This document shows, in pieces, positions 29,530 through 37,970 of a stretch of 64,000 bases of DNA. The stretch lies in IMG/VR virus record IMGVR_UViG_3300047474_000681. The stretch is one strand, 5' to 3'. The notes beneath the pieces are model-generated. The model worked only from the letters and a program-made list of their open reading frames with translations. It was not told the origin of the DNA and searched no databases. How positions within the stretch are numbered: the stretch's first letter is position 1; every line of letters starts with the position of its first letter. This DNA is from an uncultured virus (IMG/VR IMGVR_UViG_3300047474_000681) (taxonomy: Duplodnaviria; Heunggongvirae; Uroviricota; Caudoviricetes). The position numbers were made by a program, and so were the translations under genes.

Positions 29530-29920
29530 GGTTGGCGGGCCAGTTTGAAAATACCGCTGTGGAAAAACCTGTAGGGATACAGGACACGTAACATGCTGAG
29601 TCGCGTCTGGTAATAAGGCGTTGGATTGGCATAGATTGATTGTTAGCAGTCGGAAACACAAACACAGTACATAAAAACTCTTTAGCAATAGGAACGAAGC
29701 GAGAGGTAATGTTATATAAACTGCACATTAACCTAGTTAATGTACGTTTTATGTTACATATGTCGACGTAGGTTGGGAAAGGTCAGAGCCCATTGTACTT
29801 TGTGTATAAACTAAACACCTACTTCCAAGTCTCGGCTGGTGCAGACTCACATGAAGCGCATTTTGAGATTAGATGGGACCGTAACAGGTTCCGTCTGACT
29901 GAAACAATCTACATGAAACT
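29530..29920 (+). ncRNA. Candidate large structured non-coding RNA
   Basis: Intergenic, GC-richer than its flanks, with multiple hairpins (GNRA loops, G-U pairs on the + strand) and crossing long-range helices. See findings. Confidence 0.7.
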
Positions 29921-30045
29921 TAAACATTATTACTTCGTAATAATGTGTTTTCTCATAATAACTTATATCATACAAACGAAGTGTTTAGTTTGAGCGATAG
30001 CGATAACTAATATCTACGTAGTAGATATTCACAATAAATAGATAC

Positions 30046-30630
30046 ATGTTACAATCGCTTAGTCTTAAAAACAAAAAACATCTTTGTGATACAGCTCTTT
30101 GGGTAATTATGGATCCTTGGATTAATCAATCAAAACTAGTAGAAGCTGCTGGTCCTAATCGAGATACTGATGTGTTATCTGGATATAACATTGACGACTG
30201 GAATAAGAGATGGGCTGATAAAATATATAATTTTTTGCCGCGGGCCAAGAACTGGCTTGTAGTAACTGACCTCGGTTATTATGACAAAGCTACTAACACA
30301 GATATTCCAACACCGATTGATCCTAGATTTAGTCACTTGCCTGTAGTTGAACATCGATATCTTGGAAAAAATATGATTATTGATTACATGCCCGACGGAT
30401 GTGAATCAATTGTTTATACTGGGTTTCATGAACAAATGTGTATACTACATAGAAAATATATTGGATATCATAGAATTAATTCTGAAAATGATTTAAATTT
30501 AAATAGGTACATTGCACTTGAACTTGTTTGTCATTGGCCCTCACCTCATTTAAAAACAAGATTACAAAGACAGGAACAAAGAAGAGCTAGAGACTATAAA
30601 TATATACGAGTATTGGATGATGTTAAATGA
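30046..30630 (+). CDS. Hypothetical protein, possible isochorismatase/cysteine-hydrolase fold
   Basis: LWVIMDPW near the N-terminus and IVYTGFHEQMCI resemble the catalytic Asp and Cys motifs of that family. Confidence 0.5.
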   Translation: MLQSLSLKNKKHLCDTALWVIMDPWINQSKLVEAAGPNRDTDVLSGYNIDDWNKRWADKIYNFLPRAKNWLVVTDLGYYDKATNTDIPTPIDPRFSHLPVVEHRYLGKNMIIDYMPDGCESIVYTGFHEQMCILHRKYIGYHRINSENDLNLNRYIALELVCHWPSPHLKTRLQRQEQRRARDYKYIRVLDDVK

Positions 30631-30992
30631 AAATATATGAAATTGACGAAGGATTTAAAGATTCTTTCAAAACCGGCTTTAAAAAATCTAGTGAAGTAGG
30701 AGCTGTGTGGGATCCAATTAAAAAAGGATGGAAAGATGCTGAAGAAAAAAACAAAGGCACGGCAAAGTCTACTACTAAATCAAAAACTGTAGCAAAGCCT
30801 GCTCCTCAAGTAAAGTTTGCTGCAAACCAACCAGTACAATTTAAAAGTAAAGCAGGAAAATTAATTAATGCTACAGTAGTTGGAAAGAGTAAAGACGGCG
30901 ACGATAGTGTAGTAATTATAAACTCTGGAAAACAAAACTTTATTATTAAAAGAGCTAAACTGCTTGATCCTAAAACAGGAAAACCTTTTTAG
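30627..30992 (+). CDS. Hypothetical basic protein
   Basis: 121 aa, ATGA overlap with the upstream gene, MKIYEIDE start typical of T4-like small proteins; TATAAATA at 30595-30602. Confidence 0.7.
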   Translation: MKIYEIDEGFKDSFKTGFKKSSEVGAVWDPIKKGWKDAEEKNKGTAKSTTKSKTVAKPAPQVKFAANQPVQFKSKAGKLINATVVGKSKDGDDSVVIINSGKQNFIIKRAKLLDPKTGKPF

Positions 30993-31195
30993 AAAAAAGG
31001 TAATCCGCTTTTCTTTGTTGTTTCCATATTCTCTTTGACAATATCAGCAATTAACTGTCTGTCTTCGTGACTTAAATTAAATCCTTCATCGAGTGTAACA
31101 CCACCGCGCATGTACCAACACAGTTTCATTATCTCAGATTTAATTTGTTTCTGATCACCTTGTAGGACCTTTACTTCTTGTAGGATCTCTGGCAC
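30989..31195 (-). CDS. Small ORF in the -1 frame of the gp26-like gene; probable frameshift extension
   Basis: GTG start. The frame is open upstream through the slippery site at the end of 31213..32100. Confidence 0.7.
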   Translation of the reverse strand: MPEILQEVKVLQGDQKQIKSEIMKLCWYMRGGVTLDEGFNLSHEDRQLIADIVKENMETTKKSGLPFF

Positions 31196-31212
31196 GGTCC
31201 ATGCTAGGACCC

Positions 31213-32100
31213 TTACCCGAAAAAATTTGCTTGGTCAAACGTAATTGGTACTTCCCAGTGCTTAGGCGCACCAGCTTCAACATCTTCGTCAGTACTATTA
31301 ACTTTTAACGGTTCAATTGAAAACTTTTTCTTTTGATTATCTAAATGATCAGTTATAGATGTAAAGAACGTTTTATCAGCATTATCAACAAATTCTTGAA
31401 TATGTAGTTTGTTGGTTACAGTATCATCGCCTATAGAAATTTCTACAATACTTTGAGTTAGTGTATTAACTGTTAGGTCTGTTAATTTTTTAAAACTACT
31501 ATTAAATTTAGAAAGTTTTTCACCATCTGAAATTTCTTCATCATTAACTAGTGCAAAGATGCGTTGTTCTTCAAACGTTTTTAGACTTGCCTCTGTAAAT
31601 TCTGCATAAGTTAACGGGCGAGTAATAACATTCATCTCACCTAGCGGAACTTGTGCTTCATAGTTAGCAGTAACAAGTTTGTTTAGTAATTGTCTTAGAT
31701 CAATATTAAATGAACGTTCTTCACCTATTCCTGGAACTTTAGTAGTAATTTCCATTTCTTCACCATATGTTGCAATACGTATAGCGATTAGAATAGCATC
31801 TAAATCAACACTTGGAAGTTTCCATGCATCTTTGATATTAGGCATACAACTTTGTATTACATCAACAGTAGCCTGTCCGTTTAGCAATGCATCTGGAGTT
31901 TTCATAGCAAGTTCATCCTTTGCTGTCATTGCTAGTACAGGATATTCACCGTTTTCTGGAATATCAATTGCGCCTTCGGGATAAAATTGTCCATTACTTG
32001 GTAATGTAACATAAACTTTAGGTTGTCTAAAGTATTTCTTTAAAGGATTAGGATCCAGGTTGATATTTCCTGAATATTCTTGGGGGTTAAATTCTGCCAT
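31213..32100 (-). CDS. Baseplate hub/tail assembly chaperone, T4 gp26-like
   Basis: NPLKKYFRQPKVYVTLPSNG...MTAKDELAMKTPDALLNG...DLDAILIAIRIATYGE; divergent from the tape-measure gene. Confidence 0.75.
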   Translation of the reverse strand: MAEFNPQEYSGNINLDPNPLKKYFRQPKVYVTLPSNGQFYPEGAIDIPENGEYPVLAMTAKDELAMKTPDALLNGQATVDVIQSCMPNIKDAWKLPSVDLDAILIAIRIATYGEEMEITTKVPGIGEERSFNIDLRQLLNKLVTANYEAQVPLGEMNVITRPLTYAEFTEASLKTFEEQRIFALVNDEEISDGEKLSKFNSSFKKLTDLTVNTLTQSIVEISIGDDTVTNKLHIQEFVDNADKTFFTSITDHLDNQKKKFSIEPLKVNSTDEDVEAGAPKHWEVPITFDQANFFG

Positions 32101-32111
32101 GATTGTCTCCG

Positions 32112-32151
32112 TATAAATACAATGTAATAATATGTATCTCTATTATTTATA
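32112..32151. promoter_or_regulatory. Pair of opposed perfect T4-type late promoters
   Basis: TATAAATA on + at 32112-32119 and on - at 32151-32144. Confidence 0.8.
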
Positions 32152-32177
32152 TGCGCAGTTAACTAGGAAACAAACTC

Positions 32178-35100
32178 TTGGCTGAAGAAGTAGATATTGG
32201 CAATGTAGGCGGCGACGGTGTAGCAAGCGAAGTAACTCTTGCTCGTTTAGTTGTGACTATGGAAGCAATGGCTAAAGCAAAGGGCGTTAATCCTGCTGAC
32301 ATTACTAAGAAGATGCAGGCAGTAATGGACGAATCTTCTAAGCATGTAAAAGACAATACAACAGCTCAAAAAGAAAATACTAAAGAAACTAAGAAGACTA
32401 CAAAAACTATTAAAAAATTAGGCCAGGCATCTATGAATGCTATTGGCGGGTTGTTGGGATCAGTAGCAGGCGGCTTTACAGGTCTAGCTAAAGAATTTGT
32501 CAACGGCGGAAATAATTTACAAGACTTTGCACAGCACATTCCAATTGTTGGCGGGTTGCTAGGCGGCTTTGCTGGATACATTGACAACACTGTTTCTACA
32601 TTTAGAACTTTAAGTTCAACAGGTGCTGCATTTGGCAATGACATGTTGGAAACACGTAGAAGTGCTGCTCAAATGGGATTGTCGTTAGATGAGTTTGCTG
32701 GACTTATAACTAATAATGCAGGCAACTTAGCAGCATTAGGCGGAAGTGTTACCCTAGGTGCTGAACGCTTTAAAAAGATGAATGACAACATTAAAAAGTC
32801 TGGAGACTTTGCTGCTCTTAAAAACATGGGATTTACTGTTGAAGAAGTTAACGAAGGCATGGGAGATTATATTGATCTGCAAAGAAGAATGGGTACTCTT
32901 CAAGGAAAGAGTACAGCAGAGCTTGCAGCTGGAAGTGCAGATTATTTAAAACAAGTTGATTTACTTGCCAAAGTAACAGGTAAGACTAGAGAAGAAGCAG
33001 AAAAAGCACTACGAGAACAAGCTGCTGATGCTGCAATTCGAGGAATGATGAATCAATTTGAGAAAGGCTCTCAAGAACTGAAAAACTTCCAACTATCACT
33101 AGGAATTATAGAAGAAATGGGCGGGGCAACAGGCGCCGCTATGAAAGACTTGCTTGACGGTATGCCAAGTGGTCCAGAAACAGCACAGTTCTTAAATATG
33201 ATGGGTGATGCAGGTCCTGCTATGCAAGACGCACTTAAACAAATTGGTGACGGCGCCGACCCACAAGTATTACTAGATGCTATGAAAAACGGCGGCGGCG
33301 AGATGGAAAAATTTGCAAATATGGATGCTGATGCAAGAGCTCAGTACATTGCATCATTAAGAGATCAACAACCTGCAATGGCAGAATTTTTAGATAATGC
33401 AACTAGAATGATCGATATTGGCGGAAGAGATTTAGACGCAGCAAAGAAAGAACAGGACGCACGAGATGCCACAACAGATGCATTTACTACTTTTGAAGAT
33501 GCAATACGTAAAGCACGAGGTATTATACAAGAAGCATTTGTAGACAGTGGTATTTTTGAAGCAGCAGGAACTATGGTGAAAGACTTTTCAAAATCTATCG
33601 CTAAGATAGTAGAAGACGGAACTCTAAAAGCTACTATGGATAGTTTCTTTAACTCAATTTCTACCTTTGTTGACAATTTCAAAAAATTCGGATTGGGCAC
33701 AGCGTTATTTGGAAAAGAAGCCGAAATCGACGAGTCTGGCCAAGAAATTGAAGGCACGGCTGTAAAAGGTTTACTTGGAGATTTGTTTGGCGAAGGCGGA
33801 ACAATAGCAAAAGCATTTGGTGATAGCGGTAATGTTGTATTAGAAGGCATTACAGCCGCAGCAAAAGGATTTGCTGATGGTATGTTTGACTTTGACATAC
33901 CTTGGGGCACTTTATTCATAGGCGGATTAGTTGGAATAGGCGCAGCTATTGCTGCACCAGTACTGGCTATTCCTGCAGGCATTGCAGCAGCAGTTACAGC
34001 AGTGTTTGGAATTCAATTTATGAAAGACTTGTTTACTGATGTATGGACCACTATCACTGGAATATTTTCTATGGACACTGTTTATGCAATCAGTGATTTA
34101 ACATCGGCAATGTGGACTACTGTAACAGGATGGTTTGGCTTTGGAGAAGGTGAAGCAACGTTTGCAATTAGTCAACTAGCATCAGAAGCTTGGTCTACTG
34201 TTAAAGGATGGTTTACATTTGGGGAAGGCGAGTCGTTTAGTATAAGCGAAGTTGGAAAAAGAGTGTGGACTACTGTAACAAGTTGGTTTGGTTTTGGAGA
34301 AGGTGAAGCAACATATGCTATCAGTACTTTAATAAGCGAAGCATGGACTAAGATCACAGGATTTTTTGATTTTGGAGAAGAAGGATTTAGTATATCTGCA
34401 CTAGCAACAAAAGCATGGGAAACAGTAACAGGATACTTTAAATGGTCAACTGATGCTATTGGATTTTCAATATCAACATTAGCAAGTACTGCTTGGGAAA
34501 CTGTTAAAGGATTCTTTACATGGGGAGAAGATGCTACTGGTTTTTCAATATCAGGATTGTTGACAACAGCATGGGAAACAGTAACAGGTATGTTTGGCTT
34601 TGGTGATTTAGCAATACCAAGCATAAAAGATTTATTCCAAGGCGTAGTTGATAAAGTTAAAGGGTTCTTTACGTTTGATTTTAAAATGCCGAACTTTAAA
34701 CAGTATCTTCCAAAATGGTTAGGCGGCGAAGGTAAATCATTCTTAGGCGGAAGCGAGACAGCAGAAGTAGTAGAAACACCTGAAGCTCCTGATCCTGTAA
34801 GTTTAGATCCGACACAAGCAGAAACAGGACTAGCAGCACTACAACAGACACAAGCTGTAGTACAGTCATTTGCTTCAATACCAGAGTTACAAAATAATCT
34901 TGAAACATTGAAAAAAGGACTTGACATCAACGGCGTTAGAACGTATACTAGTGCTATGGAGTCTTTAGTAGAAGTTCTCGGAAAATTAAATGCCGAACTT
35001 GCTAAAGATAACAAATTTGGCGTAGGTAAAGGTACTAACGCAGGAGATGTAGTAGCTAAAATGGATTCAATAGGCGGTAGTAGCAGCAACAGTGATCAAC

Positions 35101-35234
35101 TAAACGCTACAATGGGATCGGTATTAGCTGTCTTATCTGAAATTAGAGATATTGAATTAGGCGTACAAAGAAATACAAAAAATTTAGCAAATGGTAACAT
35201 TGCAACAAGCTCAGTAAGTGTATTGCCGGGCTAA
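32178..35234 (+). CDS. Tape-measure-like tail protein
   Basis: 1018 aa, Ala/Gly-rich and helical, with a hydrophobic segment and ~25-aa Trp/Phe repeats (AWETVTGYF type); TTG start. Confidence 0.75.
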   Translation: MAEEVDIGNVGGDGVASEVTLARLVVTMEAMAKAKGVNPADITKKMQAVMDESSKHVKDNTTAQKENTKETKKTTKTIKKLGQASMNAIGGLLGSVAGGFTGLAKEFVNGGNNLQDFAQHIPIVGGLLGGFAGYIDNTVSTFRTLSSTGAAFGNDMLETRRSAAQMGLSLDEFAGLITNNAGNLAALGGSVTLGAERFKKMNDNIKKSGDFAALKNMGFTVEEVNEGMGDYIDLQRRMGTLQGKSTAELAAGSADYLKQVDLLAKVTGKTREEAEKALREQAADAAIRGMMNQFEKGSQELKNFQLSLGIIEEMGGATGAAMKDLLDGMPSGPETAQFLNMMGDAGPAMQDALKQIGDGADPQVLLDAMKNGGGEMEKFANMDADARAQYIASLRDQQPAMAEFLDNATRMIDIGGRDLDAAKKEQDARDATTDAFTTFEDAIRKARGIIQEAFVDSGIFEAAGTMVKDFSKSIAKIVEDGTLKATMDSFFNSISTFVDNFKKFGLGTALFGKEAEIDESGQEIEGTAVKGLLGDLFGEGGTIAKAFGDSGNVVLEGITAAAKGFADGMFDFDIPWGTLFIGGLVGIGAAIAAPVLAIPAGIAAAVTAVFGIQFMKDLFTDVWTTITGIFSMDTVYAISDLTSAMWTTVTGWFGFGEGEATFAISQLASEAWSTVKGWFTFGEGESFSISEVGKRVWTTVTSWFGFGEGEATYAISTLISEAWTKITGFFDFGEEGFSISALATKAWETVTGYFKWSTDAIGFSISTLASTAWETVKGFFTWGEDATGFSISGLLTTAWETVTGMFGFGDLAIPSIKDLFQGVVDKVKGFFTFDFKMPNFKQYLPKWLGGEGKSFLGGSETAEVVETPEAPDPVSLDPTQAETGLAALQQTQAVVQSFASIPELQNNLETLKKGLDINGVRTYTSAMESLVEVLGKLNAELAKDNKFGVGKGTNAGDVVAKMDSIGGSSSNSDQLNATMGSVLAVLSEIRDIELGVQRNTKNLANGNIATSSVSVLPG
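34040..34690 (+). repeat. Tandem ~25-aa W/F repeats in the tape-measure gene
   Basis: About 8-9 units of S(x)L(x)3AW(x)TV(x)G(W/F)F. A near-identical DNA pair lies at 34113-34159 and 34266-34312, 153 nt apart. Confidence 0.85.
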
Positions 35235-35245
35235 TGGAGAATTAA

Positions 35246-37000
35246 ATGAGTTGGAAAAAATATTTTACACCTGTACCAACAGGCGATAATCAAAACGGTA
35301 GTTATAGTCCGTTTACAGCAAAAAATAGCGGCAACATGGCAGGCCCAGCGCGATCCAACTATTCAAGCTACTTGCCTGATGTTTATGTAGGTTCACCTAA
35401 CAGAGTTGAACGTTACGGTCAATATAACACAATGGATTTAGACAGTGAAGTTAACGCTGCATTAGATATTCTTGCTGAATTTTGCACACAAAAGAATAAA
35501 CAAAATAACACACCTTTTATTATTGATTTTAAACAAAAAGCAACTAACTCAGAAATTACTATTGTTCAAAAATATTTACAACAATGGAACAAGCTACAGA
35601 ATTTTGAAACAAAGATTTTTAGAATACTACGCAATGTATTCAAAATGGGAGATCAATTCTTTCTACGTGACCCAGAAACTAAGCGTTGGTTTCATGTAGA
35701 TCCTGCAAACGTCTCGCGTATCATTGTAAACGAATCAGAAGGCAAAGTACCTGAACAGTATGTAATTAAAAATATTAATTTTAATTTTAAAGACGGTATT
35801 GCTACAACACCGTACCAAACAAACGGCAACATAACTGGAGGAGGAGGATCTCAGTATCAACCTACTGGCGGCGCACGTGGTATGGTAGGCCAACCCCAGT
35901 CTAGTATGAGTGGCAGCAGATTTACAACTGACGACGGAGAAGTTACAGTTGATGCAGAACATGTTGTACATCTTTCATTGTCAGAAGGTTTAGACAACAA
36001 CTATCCATTTGGTAATTCATTATTAGAAACTATATTCAAAGTTTACAAGCAAAAAGAATTGCTTGAAGATGCGATTATTATCTATCGTGTACAACGAGCA
36101 CCAGAAAGAAGAGTGTTCTACGTTGATGTGGGTAACATGCCATCACACCTTGCTATGCAATTTGTTGAACGTGTTAAAACGGAAATACATCAAAGACGTA
36201 TCCCATCGTCAACAGGCGGAGGCCAAAATGTCATAGACAGTTCATACAATCCCCTGTCAATCAACGAAGATTACTTTTTCCCACAAACTGCTGAAGGTAG
36301 AGGTTCTAAAGTAGAAACACTTCCAGGAGGAACTAACCTAGGAGAAATTGATGACCTTAGATACTTTACAAATAAATTGGTTAGAGGCTTGCGCATTCCT
36401 AGCTCATACTTACCCACAGGTGCCGACGATAGTGCAGCGCAGTATAATGATGGCAGAGTGGGTACAGCATATATTCAAGAACTACGATTTAATACGTATT
36501 GCGAACGTTTACAAAACTTAGTTGTTGAAGAATTTGATCAAGAGTTTAAAAGATATCTTCTTGAAAAAGGAATGAACGTTGATGTTGCAATGTTTGATCT
36601 TAAATTCCAACCACCGCAAAACTTTGCAGCATATAGACAAAGTGAAATTGATAATGCTCGTGTACCAACATATACACAAATGAGTGCTATACCTTATATT
36701 TCAAATCGTTTTGCTATGAAACGCTTCTTAGGCATGAGCGATGAAGAACTTGCAGAAAACGAACGCTTGTGGCGAGAAGAGAACGAAGAAAACTTAGATC
36801 CTATCCCAGGTGACGCAAGTGCAGAAATGCGTGACGCTGGAATAACAAGTGCAGGTATCGGCGACGATATGTCTAACCTTGAAGATGAAGTTGATTCTGA
36901 TGCAGATACTGCCGACGGTGGAAGTGATGCAGGACCTGAAACAGCAACAGGTCAAGAACTAGGATCTGCTACTGCACCCGGAACCGAACAAACGATATAA
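35246..37000 (+). CDS. Portal protein, T4 gp20-like
   Basis: LLEDAIIIYRVQRAPERRVFYVDVGNMP and EDYFFP...GRGSKVETLPGGTNLGEIDDLRYF are gp20 signatures. Confidence 0.96.
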   Translation: MSWKKYFTPVPTGDNQNGSYSPFTAKNSGNMAGPARSNYSSYLPDVYVGSPNRVERYGQYNTMDLDSEVNAALDILAEFCTQKNKQNNTPFIIDFKQKATNSEITIVQKYLQQWNKLQNFETKIFRILRNVFKMGDQFFLRDPETKRWFHVDPANVSRIIVNESEGKVPEQYVIKNINFNFKDGIATTPYQTNGNITGGGGSQYQPTGGARGMVGQPQSSMSGSRFTTDDGEVTVDAEHVVHLSLSEGLDNNYPFGNSLLETIFKVYKQKELLEDAIIIYRVQRAPERRVFYVDVGNMPSHLAMQFVERVKTEIHQRRIPSSTGGGQNVIDSSYNPLSINEDYFFPQTAEGRGSKVETLPGGTNLGEIDDLRYFTNKLVRGLRIPSSYLPTGADDSAAQYNDGRVGTAYIQELRFNTYCERLQNLVVEEFDQEFKRYLLEKGMNVDVAMFDLKFQPPQNFAAYRQSEIDNARVPTYTQMSAIPYISNRFAMKRFLGMSDEELAENERLWREENEENLDPIPGDASAEMRDAGITSAGIGDDMSNLEDEVDSDADTADGGSDAGPETATGQELGSATAPGTEQTI

Positions 37001-37008
37001 ATAATAAT

Positions 37009-37254
37009 ATGATACTACGTGAACTATTTTATTTTGACCCACAAACAGTCGAGCCAGTAGAAGATAAACGCTACGATGCTAACGACGACGAATCAGTTGT
37101 GGATAAAAACGATACACGCAAAACACGGTTAAGTCTAAAACAAATTCAAAAAATTCGTAAATCTTCTGAATTACACAATGAAGAAAAATTAAAAGAACTT
37201 GAATTTGTAAAGCAAATGTACGGAATAGCAGCGCAACAACAAGCAGATCTCTAA
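37009..37254 (+). CDS. Hypothetical head-region protein
   Basis: 81 aa (MILRELFYF...DTRKTRLSLKQIQKIRK), preceded by TATAAATA at 36996-37003. Confidence 0.8.
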   Translation: MILRELFYFDPQTVEPVEDKRYDANDDESVVDKNDTRKTRLSLKQIQKIRKSSELHNEEKLKELEFVKQMYGIAAQQQADL

Positions 37255-37841
37255 TGTCTCTAGCAGCATTTGTTGTTGGCAATGGCGTAAGCCGAAAGCC
37301 AATCGATTTAAATCAATTAAAATCAAAAGGTAAAACATACGGGTGTAATGCTCTTTTTAGAGAGTATTCTCCTGATTACTTGATTGCAGTTGATGTTAAA
37401 ATGATTATAGAAATTAATAATGCACGTTATCAACATAGTAACGAAGTATGGACAAATCCTAATAAGTTGTATCATCGAATGACTGGATTTAATTTTTTCA
37501 ACCCAACAAAAGGATGGAGCAGTGGACCTACTGCCCTTCATTTAGCTTCTACTCATAATAATAATGAAATATACATTCTAGGTTTTGATTATAAAGGCTT
37601 AGGCGAAGATAATACAGTTAATAATATATACGCCGATACTGACAATTATAAAAAAAGTGATGCTCCTGCAACATATTCTGGTAATTGGGAGAGACAGACT
37701 TATAGTGTCATATTTAACAACCCTGACAAGAGATATATAAGAGTGTTAGGAGAAAACAACTTTATTCCTAAACAATTTACTAAATTAAACAATCTAAAAC
37801 ACATTTCTGTTGTAGATTTTATAGAAAAATTTGTTAATTAA
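37254..37841 (+). CDS. Putative glycosyltransferase-like/Rossmann protein (sialyltransferase or MptE/DUF115-like)
   Basis: AFVVGNGVSR, YGCNA, GWSSGPTALHLA and EIYILGFD motifs. Confidence 0.55.
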   Translation: MSLAAFVVGNGVSRKPIDLNQLKSKGKTYGCNALFREYSPDYLIAVDVKMIIEINNARYQHSNEVWTNPNKLYHRMTGFNFFNPTKGWSSGPTALHLASTHNNNEIYILGFDYKGLGEDNTVNNIYADTDNYKKSDAPATYSGNWERQTYSVIFNNPDKRYIRVLGENNFIPKQFTKLNNLKHISVVDFIEKFVN

Positions 37842-37970
37842 ACTTTTTGGTTCGTTTTGAGCCTATTTCTACGTACTTTTTCAAAAATAATGTAAATATA
37901 TATTGACAGCCCCACAAAGGAGGCATCTTCGATGTTTCTTGAGTGTACAAAACATTTATAGGAGTTAAAA

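Noticed and set aside
29080..29920. Group I/II intron carrying a homing endonuclease
   Set aside because: The flanking genes look complete rather than split exons, and I could not identify canonical P7 or domain V motifs by eye. It is not fully excluded without a covariance-model search.
29491..29993. Small ORFs 29491..29688, 29519..29728 and 29793..29993
   Set aside because: They have atypical composition, lack SD sequences and overlap the structured element, which is better explained as ncRNA.
37892..37945. Hairpin AGGAGGCATC-TTC-GATGTTTCTT in the leader of the acidic core gene
   Set aside because: It is a single simple stem after a GTAAATA late motif and does not cover the real SD; probably an ordinary 5' stabiliser.
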